Of a DNA stretch of 64,000 nucleotides, positions 1 through 8,803 are shown one piece after another; the stretch's first letter is position 1; each line of letters begins with the position of its first letter. Location of the stretch: assembly GCA_030754885.1 (NCBI GenBank), contig JASLZL010000021.1:3003-67002 (forward strand). Reading direction: 5' to 3'. A program made the position numbers and the translations under genes. Source of the stretch: Rhodospirillales bacterium. Its GTDB lineage: Bacteria > Pseudomonadota > Alphaproteobacteria > Rhodospirillales > JASLLZ01. Under the pieces are notes generated by a model that was given only the letters and a program-made list of their open reading frames with translations, did not search any database and was not told the origin of the DNA.

Positions 1-47
1 TGTAGCGGCAGGTCGACTTGATAGGCGCTAAGGCGCGTGATCTTCAT
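1..47 (-). CDS. 5' end of an enolase-superfamily (mandelate racemase/muconate lactonizing-like, possibly cis-3-hydroxy-L-proline dehydratase) protein; runs off the window
   Basis: ATG at 47 after AAGGAG RBS; reads MKITRLSAYQVDLPL..., a typical N-terminus for this family. Confidence 0.55.
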   Translation of the reverse strand, partial: MKITRLSAYQVDLPL

Positions 48-104
48 CGGTGTTCTCCTTGGTGAAACCTGAAGGGGAGACGGCGGCGATCCCCGGAGGA
101 GGGC

Positions 105-1484
105 TCAACCCGCCTTACGGGCCGTTGGGGCAGGCCGCTTGTCGCGCATTGTGACGAATTCCTCGGCGGCGCTGGGATGGATGCCGATAGTGGCGTCGAA
201 CTGGGCCTTGGTCGCCCCCGCCTTGAGCGCCACGCCGAAGCCCTGCATGATTTCGGGTGCGTCCATGCCGACCATGTGGCAGCCCAGTACCCGGTCCGTC
301 TCGCCGTCGACGACCAATTTCATCGCCGAGCTTTCGTCGCGTCCCGAAAGGGTGAACTTCATCGGCTTGAAGTGCGACAGATAGATATCGACGTTGGCAT
401 GATCAGCCCGTGCCTCGGCCTCGGTCAGACCGACCGTGGCCAGGGGCGGCTGGCTGAAAACGGCGGTCGGGATGTTCGAACGATCGACCACCGTTGGGTT
501 GTTGTTGAACAAAGCTTGAGCCACTTCCGCGCCCTCGGCGATGGCCACCGGGGTGAGGTTGAAGCGTCCCGTCACGTCGCCGACGGCAAAGATATGATCG
601 ACCGATGTGCGCGAAGAGTCATCGACGGCGACGGCGCCCATGTCGTTGATCCGGACGCCTGCTTCTTCCAGCCCAAGACCCTTGATGTTGGGCGCCCGGC
701 CCGTGGCATACATGACCAAGTCGGTTTCGATCGCCTCGCCCTCGGCAAGGCGCAGGCTGAAGGTGCCGCCGTCGGTCTTCTCAATGCCTTCCACCACCGT
801 CCGGCTTTTGAGGTCGATGCCGCGCTTGATCATCTCTTCGGCGAGGGTCACGCGCATGTCTTCGTCGAAGCCGCGCAAGATGGTGTCGGCGCGCACCACC
901 TCAACGACGTCAACGCCAAGGGAATTAAAAATGCCGGCGAACTCGACGGCAATGTAGCCGCCGCCGACAATCACCATGCGCTGGGGCAGGCTGTTGAGCT
1001 CCAGCGCCTCGTTCGACGTGATGGTGTGCTCGATGCCGGGAATGTCGGGCATCACGGGCCACGATCCCGTGGCGACCAAAATATTTTCGGCGGTGATCGT
1101 CTTTTTACCGACTTCGATGGTGTGGGGATCAATGAGGCGCGCCCGCGCCGCCAATATCTCGACCCCGTTCTCGCTCAGAATGCGGATATAGACCTTGTTG
1201 AGGCGGTCGATCTCGCGGTTTTTGTTGGCGATCAATTGGGCCCAGTCGAATGGTGGCGTGATGGCGGACCAGCCGTAGTGCGCGGCGTCCTCAAAATCGT
1301 CGGCGTAGTGGGCGCCATAGATTAAAAGCTTCTTGGGCACGCAGCCGCGAATGACGCATGTGCCGCCGACGCGGCCTTCCTCGCAGATGGCGACCCGGGC
1401 GCCGAATTGGGCTGACATGCGCGACGCCCGAACACCGCCCGAGCCCGCGCCAATGGTCACCAGGTCATAGTCGTAGCGGGCCAT
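105..1484 (-). CDS. gor: Glutathione-disulfide reductase
   Basis: GAGSGG FAD motif, GGTCVIRGCVPKK redox disulfide, GGGYIA NADPH motif, C-terminal HPSAAEE; start MARYDYD. Confidence 0.93.
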   Translation of the reverse strand: MARYDYDLVTIGAGSGGVRASRMSAQFGARVAICEEGRVGGTCVIRGCVPKKLLIYGAHYADDFEDAAHYGWSAITPPFDWAQLIANKNREIDRLNKVYIRILSENGVEILAARARLIDPHTIEVGKKTITAENILVATGSWPVMPDIPGIEHTITSNEALELNSLPQRMVIVGGGYIAVEFAGIFNSLGVDVVEVVRADTILRGFDEDMRVTLAEEMIKRGIDLKSRTVVEGIEKTDGGTFSLRLAEGEAIETDLVMYATGRAPNIKGLGLEEAGVRINDMGAVAVDDSSRTSVDHIFAVGDVTGRFNLTPVAIAEGAEVAQALFNNNPTVVDRSNIPTAVFSQPPLATVGLTEAEARADHANVDIYLSHFKPMKFTLSGRDESSAMKLVVDGETDRVLGCHMVGMDAPEIMQGFGVALKAGATKAQFDATIGIHPSAAEEFVTMRDKRPAPTARKAG

Positions 1485-1519
1485 GACCGATCCTCTTCCG
1501 CCTTGCGCCGGCGCCCGGC

Positions 1520-2977
1520 TCACCCATCCAGGCCGCCCATGCAGATGTATTTGATCTCAAGGAAGTCATCGATCCCGTACTTCGAGCCCTCGCGCCCGAT
1601 GCCCGATTCCTTGACCCCGCCAAACGGCGCCACTTCGGTCGAGATGATGCCGACGTTGACGCCGACGATGCCCGATTCCAGGGCTTCGGCGACCCGCCAT
1701 ACGCGGCCGATGTCGCGGCTGTAAAAATAGGAACACAGCCCAAACTCGGTATCGTTGGCCATGGCCACGGCTTCGTCTTCGGTCTTGAAGCGGAACAGCG
1801 GCGCAACCGGTCCGAAGGTCTCTTCGCGGCTGATCGCCATGTCGGTGGTCACGTCGGCAAGAACCGTGGGCTCGAAGAAGGTGCCGCCAAGCGCGTGACG
1901 ATTGCCGCCGGCGATGACGCGCGCCCCCTTGGTGGTTGCGTCGGCGATATGCTCCTCCACCTTTTCGACGGCCGCCATTTCGATCAGCGGGCCTTGTTGC
2001 GCGCCGTCCTCGAAGCCGTCGGACACCTTCAACTCCCCGGCCGCCTCCGCCATGCGGGCAGCGAACTCGTCATAGATTCCATCTTGGACAAGGACCCGGT
2101 TGGTGCAGACGCAGGTCTGTCCCGTGTTGCGGTACTTGGATTGCACCGCACCGGCGACCGCGGCGTCGAGATCGGCATCGTCGAAGACGATGAAGGGCGC
2201 GTTGCCGCCCAGCTCGAAGGACACCTTCTTGACCGTTTCCGCGCATTGCGCCATCAAAATCTTGCCGATCTCGGTCGAGCCGGTGAAGGTGAGCTTGCGG
2301 ACGATGGGGTTCGATGTCAGTTCGCCGCCGATGGACCTGGCCGCTCCCGTGACGACATTGAAGACTCCCTTGGGGAAGCCGGCGATCTCACCCAGTTCGG
2401 CCAGCGCCAGGGCCGAATAGGGTGTCATGCTGGCCGGCTTGACGACGACCGGACAGCCAACGGCGAGGGCCGGTGCGCACTTGCGCGTGATCATGGCGTT
2501 GGGGAAGTTCCAAGGCGTGATCGCGGCGACCACGCCGATCGGCTCCTTGGCCACGACGAGGCGGCGGTCGGGGCTTGGGGTGGGAATGGTGTCGCCATAG
2601 ACCCGCTTGGCCTCTTCGGCGAACCACTCGACGAAGGACGCGCCGTAGGCCACCTCGCCCATGGACTCGGCCAGCGGCTTGCCCTGTTCGGCGGTCATAA
2701 TGGCGGCCAGGTCTTCCTGGTTCGCCATCATGAGGTCGAACCACTTGCGTAGGATGGCGCCGCGTTCCTTGCCGGTCTTGGCGCGCCAGGCGGGAAAGGC
2801 GGCATTGGCGGCCTCGATGGCGCGCCGCGTCTCGGCCTCGCCCATGTCGGGAACGGTTCCCATCACCGAGTTGTCGGACGGGTTGACGACATCGAACGTG
2901 GCACCGCCGTCGGCATCGGCCCAGGCACCGTCGATGTAACACTTTTGGCAAAAGAGTTTGGGGTCTTTGAGTTTCAT
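1520..2977 (-). CDS. gabD: NAD(P)-dependent succinate-semialdehyde dehydrogenase
   Basis: ITPWNFP, FTGSTEIG, ELGGNAP, GQTCVC and EETFGP motifs; start MKLKDPK after GAGG. Confidence 0.92.
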   Translation of the reverse strand: MKLKDPKLFCQKCYIDGAWADADGGATFDVVNPSDNSVMGTVPDMGEAETRRAIEAANAAFPAWRAKTGKERGAILRKWFDLMMANQEDLAAIMTAEQGKPLAESMGEVAYGASFVEWFAEEAKRVYGDTIPTPSPDRRLVVAKEPIGVVAAITPWNFPNAMITRKCAPALAVGCPVVVKPASMTPYSALALAELGEIAGFPKGVFNVVTGAARSIGGELTSNPIVRKLTFTGSTEIGKILMAQCAETVKKVSFELGGNAPFIVFDDADLDAAVAGAVQSKYRNTGQTCVCTNRVLVQDGIYDEFAARMAEAAGELKVSDGFEDGAQQGPLIEMAAVEKVEEHIADATTKGARVIAGGNRHALGGTFFEPTVLADVTTDMAISREETFGPVAPLFRFKTEDEAVAMANDTEFGLCSYFYSRDIGRVWRVAEALESGIVGVNVGIISTEVAPFGGVKESGIGREGSKYGIDDFLEIKYICMGGLDG

Positions 2978-3123
2978 GACGACCTCTTGATCTGTCGGGA
3001 ATGGGGAAATCGGGGAAATATTATAGAACCTCGTAAAGCGGCTGTTAATCGATTCCGTGGCAATCTCGACTTTTCCGCGACCCGGGGTGCCAGCGGAAGG
3101 CAACCGCCATGAGGAAGAAAACA

Positions 3124-3309
3124 ATGACAAGCCTTGATGCCATCAAGGGTACTTTCTACGTGGATCTGATCGCCGAATGGAAGGCCGGCACTTCTCAGCC
3201 GCCAAAAGAATCTGGCAAAAGCCAGCCCAAGGGCCGTCGGGCGCAACGTTCCCGCCGAACCAAGAGAGGCAAACTCGACCGTTCACCCGTCGCGGTGCTG
3301 GCCGCCTGA
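3124..3309 (+). CDS. Small basic hypothetical protein (61 aa)
   Basis: GAGGAAG RBS before ATG; fills the gabD-glmS gap; MTSLDAIKGTFYVDLIAEWK... with an Arg/Lys-rich tail. Confidence 0.4.
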   Translation: MTSLDAIKGTFYVDLIAEWKAGTSQPPKESGKSQPKGRRAQRSRRTKRGKLDRSPVAVLAA

Positions 3310-3335
3310 GGCAACCCGCAGGGGCGTCGCCACCC

Positions 3336-5159
3336 TTATTCCACCGTCACGCTTTTCGCCAGGTTGCGCGGCTGGTCGACGTCGGTGCCCTTGATCACGG
3401 CCACGTGGTAGGCCAAAAGCTGCACCGGGATGGCGTAGAGGATGGGGGCGACGAAGGCATCGACGGCGGGCAGCGCCACGGTGGAGGCGGCCACCTTGCC
3501 CAGGCGGTCGACGCCGGCCTGATCGGAGAAGAAGATAACCCGACCGCCGCGCGCCACCACTTCTTGAATGTTGGACGCGGTCTTGTCGAACAGGTCGTCG
3601 GTGGGTGCGATGACGATGACCGGCACGCCGTCGTCGATAAGGGCAATGGGGCCGTGCTTCATCTCGCCGGCGGCATAGCCCTCGGCGTGGATGTACGAGA
3701 TCTCCTTTAGTTTCAGCGCCCCTTCCATGGCGATGGGGTAGCTGGTTCCGCGCCCCAGATAGAGCACGTCGCGGGCCTCCGCCACCTCGTGGGCCAGTTC
3801 GCGCAGGCGCTGGTCGTGATAGAGCACCTCGGCGGCATGCGCCGGCACCTCGACCAGGGCTTCTTCCAGGCGTGCCTCGGTGGCGTGGTCGATGGCGCCA
3901 CGGGCGCGCGCCACGGCGATGGTGAAACAGGCCAGGACCGTCAACTGGGTGGTAAAGGCCTTGGTCGAGGCGACGCCGATTTCCGGACCGGCATAGGTCT
4001 GCAATACGGCATCCGATTCCCTGGCGATGGTGCTTTCCGCCACGTTGACCAAGGAGACGATGTGCTGTCCCTGGGAGCGGGCATAGCGAAGCGCCGCCAG
4101 GGTGTCCGCCGTTTCGCCCGATTGCGAGATGAACAGCGCCACGCCGCCCTTTGGCATGTCGGCGCCCCGGTAACGGAATTCTGACGCGATATCGACCTCG
4201 ACCGGAACGCGGGCAATGCTTTCCAGCCAGTACTTAGCGACCAAGGCGGCATAGGACGACGTGCCGCAGGCAACCAACGTCACCTTGCTTGACCGCGCCG
4301 CATCGAAGGACATATCGGGAAGGACGACGGAGCCCTCGGCGGGATTGATGAAAGCCTTCAAGGTGTCGCCGATGACCTGGGGCTGTTCGTAAATCTCCTT
4401 CAACATGTAATGGCTGTGCCCGGCCTTGCCGATGACCTCATCCGAATGCTCGGTCTCGTGGATCGTGCGGTCCACTTGTTTCCCATCGGCGTCGTGGATG
4501 GTGGCGCCTTGCGACGTCATCACCACCCAATCGCCTTCCTCCAGATAGGCGATCCTTCGGGTCAGGGGCGCCAGGGCCAGGGCGTCCGAACCCAAATACA
4601 TCTCACCCTCGCCATAGCCGACGGCCAGCGGGCTGCCGCGCCGGGCACCGATCATCAGGTCCTCATTGCCGGTAAACACAATGGCGAGCGCGAAGGCGCC
4701 GTGCAGGCGCTCCAGTGCCGCCCGGGTCGCCTCGGCCGGGCTTTTGCCTTCGTCCAGATAGAGGGTGATCAGGTGCACCACGACCTCTGTATCGGTGTCC
4801 GAAACCAAGGTCCGTCCATGGGCCTCGACCGCGTCGCGCAATTCTTGGAAGTTTTCGATGATGCCGTTGTGGACGATCGCGACGCGCTCGGTGGCATGAG
4901 GGTGGGCGTTGCGCTCGTTGGGCACGCCGTGGGTCGCCCAGCGGGTGTGGCCGATGCCGGTGTGTCCGGCGATGGGGTCTTCGGCCAAGCGCGCCTCCAG
5001 GTTGACGAGCTTGCCCTCGGCGCGTCGTCGTTCAATGCCGCCGTTGATCAAGGTGGCGATGCCGGCCGAATCGTAGCCCCGGTATTCAAGGCGCTTGAGG
5101 GCAGCCAGTAAATGTGCCGCTACGTCGTCGTTGCCGATGATGCCGATGATGCCGCACAT
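3336..5159 (-). CDS. glmS: Glutamine-fructose-6-phosphate aminotransferase
   Basis: MCGIIG N-terminal nucleophile, GHTRWATHG, SQSGETAD, C-terminal PRNLAKSVTVE. Confidence 0.98.
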   Translation of the reverse strand: MCGIIGIIGNDDVAAHLLAALKRLEYRGYDSAGIATLINGGIERRRAEGKLVNLEARLAEDPIAGHTGIGHTRWATHGVPNERNAHPHATERVAIVHNGIIENFQELRDAVEAHGRTLVSDTDTEVVVHLITLYLDEGKSPAEATRAALERLHGAFALAIVFTGNEDLMIGARRGSPLAVGYGEGEMYLGSDALALAPLTRRIAYLEEGDWVVMTSQGATIHDADGKQVDRTIHETEHSDEVIGKAGHSHYMLKEIYEQPQVIGDTLKAFINPAEGSVVLPDMSFDAARSSKVTLVACGTSSYAALVAKYWLESIARVPVEVDIASEFRYRGADMPKGGVALFISQSGETADTLAALRYARSQGQHIVSLVNVAESTIARESDAVLQTYAGPEIGVASTKAFTTQLTVLACFTIAVARARGAIDHATEARLEEALVEVPAHAAEVLYHDQRLRELAHEVAEARDVLYLGRGTSYPIAMEGALKLKEISYIHAEGYAAGEMKHGPIALIDDGVPVIVIAPTDDLFDKTASNIQEVVARGGRVIFFSDQAGVDRLGKVAASTVALPAVDAFVAPILYAIPVQLLAYHVAVIKGTDVDQPRNLAKSVTVE

Positions 5160-5165
5160 GGGTTT

Positions 5166-6554
5166 TTAGGTCTTCCCCGGCCGCTTGGCGGCCGCCTTCT
5201 TGCCCGCCCGCAGCCGTTTGCGCATGCGCGCACCGCCGCCCTCGACTTCCCTTGCCGGGGCGCGGGTCAGGGCCAGGGCATCCGCCGCCACGTCACGGGC
5301 GATGACGCTGCCGGCGCCGACGATGGCGCCATCGCCGATTTTGACCGGCGCCACCAGGGCGGTGTTGGAGCCGATGAAGGCGCCGGCGCCGATGTCGGTC
5401 CAGTGCTTGGCGACGCCGTCATAGTTGCACGTAATGGTGCCGGCCCCGACGTTGGCCCCGGCACCGACCCGGGCGTCGCCGATGTAAGTCAGATGGGCGG
5501 CACCGGCTCCGGCCTCGATAACGGCGTTCTTGATCTCGACGAAGTTGCCGATTTTGGCGTCGCGCCCGATGCGGGTGCCGGGCCTGAGCCGCGCGAAGGG
5601 GCCGACGAAGGTGCCGGCGCCGATGGTGGCGCCCTCAATGTGAGAGAACGGGCGGATCTCGGCGCCCGCCTTGACCGTCACACCGGGGCCGAAAACCACG
5701 TAGGGGCCGACCACGACATCGCGGCCGAGGCGGGTATCGAAACTGAGGTGGACGGTGTCGGGCGCCGTCAGCGTCGCGCCGCCTTTCATGGCCTTGGCGC
5801 GCAGCCGTGCCTGGGCCACCGCCTCGGCCCGGGCCAGGTCGGCGCGGCTGTCGACGCCGATCAGCTCACTGGCATCGCCCTCGATGACGGCGCATCGGCG
5901 TCCCTCGGCGCGGGCCACGGCCACGATATCGGTGAGATAGTGCTCACCCTTGGCGTTGTCGGCGCCGATGTGTCTTAAAAGACGGAACAGCACGGCGCCG
6001 TCGACCACCATGATGCCTGAATTGCAGAACCCGATACGGCGCTCGGCCGGTGTCGCGTCGCGGGCCTCGACGATGGCGTCGAGCGACCCGTCGTCGGCCA
6101 CGATCAGGCGCCCGTAGTTGCCGGCATCGTCGGGCCGAAAGCCAAGCACGGCCACCGCCGGGTTGCTCTTGGCGCGCCTGGCCTTGATCAAGCGGCGCAT
6201 GGTTGCCGGCGTGATCAGGGGATCGGCGCCGAACACCACCAAAACGTCGCCGGTGAATCCCTTGAGCGCCTTCTTCGCCGCCAATACGGCGTGGGCGGTG
6301 CCCAATGGGGGGTCTTGAACCACGGTGCGGTGGGGCGCCACGGCTTGGGCTACCGCCTCCATACCCTTGCCGACGACGACGACGATGCGCCCAGGTGAAA
6401 GCCGGCTTAAGTTTTCCACCAGATGAGCGATCATCGGCCGCCCGGCCAGGGGATGCAGGACCTTGGGCGCATCGGACGCCATGCGCGTGCCCCGTCCCGC
6501 CGCAAGGACGATGACGGCGATGTCTTTCTTAGGCGTCGGCGATGGATTTTTCAG
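5166..6554 (-). CDS. glmU: Bifunctional UDP-GlcNAc pyrophosphorylase/glucosamine-1-P acetyltransferase (start probably upstream of the called ATG at 6482; candidate CTG at 6554)
   Basis: VIVLAAGRGTRM motif lies in frame upstream of the called ATG; hexapeptide repeats, GTITCNYDG; adjacent to glmS. Confidence 0.93.
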   Translation of the reverse strand: MKNPSPTPKKDIAVIVLAAGRGTRMASDAPKVLHPLAGRPMIAHLVENLSRLSPGRIVVVVGKGMEAVAQAVAPHRTVVQDPPLGTAHAVLAAKKALKGFTGDVLVVFGADPLITPATMRRLIKARRAKSNPAVAVLGFRPDDAGNYGRLIVADDGSLDAIVEARDATPAERRIGFCNSGIMVVDGAVLFRLLRHIGADNAKGEHYLTDIVAVARAEGRRCAVIEGDASELIGVDSRADLARAEAVAQARLRAKAMKGGATLTAPDTVHLSFDTRLGRDVVVGPYVVFGPGVTVKAGAEIRPFSHIEGATIGAGTFVGPFARLRPGTRIGRDAKIGNFVEIKNAVIEAGAGAAHLTYIGDARVGAGANVGAGTITCNYDGVAKHWTDIGAGAFIGSNTALVAPVKIGDGAIVGAGSVIARDVAADALALTRAPAREVEGGGARMRKRLRAGKKAAAKRPGKT

Positions 6555-6694
6555 AACGATTATCCCCCGCTTCCCGGGTTCGACACCCCTTGAGGAAGCG
6601 AGCTGAACTTGCCACAGGGCCGCCAGTGCGCCAAGTCAAAGATTGTTACGGATTCTTGCAGCAAACGGCGGCCAATCACACCGCCGCCGCTTCC

Positions 6695-6723
6695 TTGACA
6701 GCCCCCGCGCCGCCGCCTTATAT
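6695..6723 (+). promoter_or_regulatory. Putative sigma70 promoter of tRNA-Val
   Basis: TTGACA-N17-TTATAT, 16 nt upstream of the tRNA. Confidence 0.6.
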
Positions 6724-6739
6724 GGCCGTCGCCGCCGGA

Positions 6740-6814
6740 GGGCGCGTAGCTCAGCGGGAGAGCGCTCGCCTCACACGCGAGAGGTCGCTGGTTCAATCCC
6801 AGCCGCGCCCACCA
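6740..6814 (+). tRNA. tRNA-Val (anticodon CAC)
   Basis: GGGCGCG/CGCGCCC acceptor stem, D arm, CTCGC-CTCACAC-GCGAG anticodon arm, GGTTCAATCC T loop, encoded ACCA. Confidence 0.97.
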
Positions 6815-6917
6815 TTTTAACCCTGGAGTATCAAGGGGTTATAGGCGGCTCCATCTTTCCAAAAACCATCGCAGACCAGACTGCTGCAACATTGGCACAG
6901 TTAATGGGAGATTTGTG

Positions 6918-7901
6918 ATGGCTACCCTTCGCAAACGTGGAAGCAGATGGCACGTACAGGTCCGCCGCAAGGGATTTCCTTCAGTGAGCCGATCCTTCCA
7001 GTCGAAATCCAACGCCAAGGCCTGGGCACGAAACACGGAAGCCTCTATTGACCGCTACGACCTCCCCCGCAATTTTCGCTGTCTCGATACCCTTACCGTA
7101 GGCGACATTATCGAGCGATATCGCGATACGGTGACAATCAAGAAACGGGGCCGCAGGAACGAGATCATCATCCTCAATGCGCTAATTCGTCAACGCTTCG
7201 CAAGGTTGAGCCTGGCAGAAACTACACCCGACGTATTCAGCGCTTACCGGGATGCTCGCCTGCAGGTGGTTAAGCCGACCACGATCCGACGTGAGCTCTC
7301 CCTGCTGAAGCACGCCTTTGGGCTAGCTAAACGAGAATGGGGCATACCCTTGAAAGATAATCCGCTCGACGGGATCAGACGTCCTCCACCCGATCAGCCT
7401 CGGCAAAGACGTTTGAAAGATGGCGAACTGGCCCGTTTGCTTGAGGGATGCCAAAGGGGTCGGACGCTCCTACTTAGGCCCCTTGTCCAACTCGCAGTAG
7501 AGACCGGGATGCGACGGGGTGAACTTCTCAACATCCACTGGGAAGACATCAACTTCGAAAAACGGACACTTCGGATACCGATAACCAAGAATGGCCATGC
7601 ACGGACGATCCCTCTGACTTTGACAGCGATTTCAGTGTTGCGGGACCTTCCTCAGAATGGTGACGGCAGAGCCATTCCGACCACGGGCAACGCCATCCGA
7701 TTGGCGTGGTGCCGCCTAACCAGGCGGGTAGGCATTGACGATCTCCACTTCCACGACCTACGACACGAAGCCATCAGCCGCTTCTTCGAGATGGGCCTGT
7801 CCGTGCCCGAGGTTGCCCTGATTTCGGGTCATCGGGATTACCGGATGTTGTTTCGGTATACGCATTTGAGGGCGGAGGATGTGGTGAAGAAACTCAACTA
7901 G
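6918..7901 (+). CDS. Tyrosine recombinase / phage-type integrase
   Basis: ETGMRRGEL (R), TKNG (K), HDLRH, ISGH, FRYTH (Y): full catalytic set; arm-like N-terminus MATLRKRGSRWHVQVRRKG. Confidence 0.95.
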   Translation: MATLRKRGSRWHVQVRRKGFPSVSRSFQSKSNAKAWARNTEASIDRYDLPRNFRCLDTLTVGDIIERYRDTVTIKKRGRRNEIIILNALIRQRFARLSLAETTPDVFSAYRDARLQVVKPTTIRRELSLLKHAFGLAKREWGIPLKDNPLDGIRRPPPDQPRQRRLKDGELARLLEGCQRGRTLLLRPLVQLAVETGMRRGELLNIHWEDINFEKRTLRIPITKNGHARTIPLTLTAISVLRDLPQNGDGRAIPTTGNAIRLAWCRLTRRVGIDDLHFHDLRHEAISRFFEMGLSVPEVALISGHRDYRMLFRYTHLRAEDVVKKLN

Positions 7902-7913
7902 CCCGGAGAATTC

Positions 7914-8564
7914 CTAATGTAAGGGGGATGGGTCCTCGACCCGGCCCATTGCCCCGAGACCAATCCGCCGAAGCTCTTTTGTTACGGCCATGATTGCGGT
8001 CAACATGGTCTCCACGTCCTTGGTGCTGAGCTCGATGATTTCACGGTAGTCGGCTATCGACATATCATCCTGATCCCGCTGCGGACCTTGAACACGTTCA
8101 GCCATTTCATCGGATCTGTCGGCAATATCCTTCAAACCGTCGAGAGCTTCTTCGAGGCTATTCGGAAGATTTTGATCCTCTCCGCTTCCAAAGAACCCCA
8201 CCAGGAATCCGTCCCGTATTTCTTCCGCTCTCATGTGGAGAGCAGCCGTAACATCCTCCCATTCACGGAGCTTCTTCGGTTTTACCAACTTCACCACGAC
8301 ACCGCCCTGATGCCGAGCCATGCGGTTCCACAAGCTCATCATTAGTTGGAAGAACTGTGAAGCCTCGTCCTCATTCTCAAACGTAGGGAAATTATCACCC
8401 CAGAATGCATTGATCATTCTTGTGGGGCTTACACCAGGAATGAGACTGGCAATTCCACCCAGAAAACGCATCCGCACCACGTGGAACGGGGTTGGACAGT
8501 GGTATTTCTCCAGCAACTTTTGGAGAACTCGATCACCAGGATATTTTAGGTTCTGCCGTTTCAT
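7914..8564 (-). CDS. Hypothetical helical protein, UPF0149 (YecA/YgfB)-like
   Basis: Clean 216-aa ORF; FLGGIAS..SP....FWG...F..E.EA pattern, later GFLVGF and C-terminal ...PLH recall UPF0149. Confidence 0.55.
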   Translation of the reverse strand: MKRQNLKYPGDRVLQKLLEKYHCPTPFHVVRMRFLGGIASLIPGVSPTRMINAFWGDNFPTFENEDEASQFFQLMMSLWNRMARHQGGVVVKLVKPKKLREWEDVTAALHMRAEEIRDGFLVGFFGSGEDQNLPNSLEEALDGLKDIADRSDEMAERVQGPQRDQDDMSIADYREIIELSTKDVETMLTAIMAVTKELRRIGLGAMGRVEDPSPLH

Positions 8565-8638
8565 GCTTGTCGTAGCTTCGGGTGGTCGAACAGGTCACCT
8601 TCAGTTATTTTACACGAATTGCATCGTAAGTGGGGACC

Positions 8639-8803
8639 ATGTCAGAGACACCTGAGACTCGCCTTCTCAAACTGACCGCCGTGATTGTGGCAGCCCATGT
8701 CAGCAAGAACCCGACTTCCATCGACCAGCTATGCGATATGATTATGGATGCATTCGACAAAGAATACTTCGCAACCGTTCTGCGTGAGTGGGAACCTAAA
8801 TGA
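8639..8803 (+). CDS. 54-aa protein resembling only the MucR/Ros N-terminal domain (no zinc finger)
   Basis: MSETPETRLLKLTAVIVAAHVSKNPTSIDQLCDMIMDAFDKEYFATVLREWEPK; resembles Ros [26 protein letters not shown]; GGGGA just upstream; ATGA overlap with the next gene. Confidence 0.7.
   Translation: MSETPETRLLKLTAVIVAAHVSKNPTSIDQLCDMIMDAFDKEYFATVLREWEPK

Noticed and set aside
6892-6907. TGGCAC upstream of the integrase as a sigma54 promoter
   Set aside because: The -12 element reads ATGG rather than TTGC; the match is insufficient.
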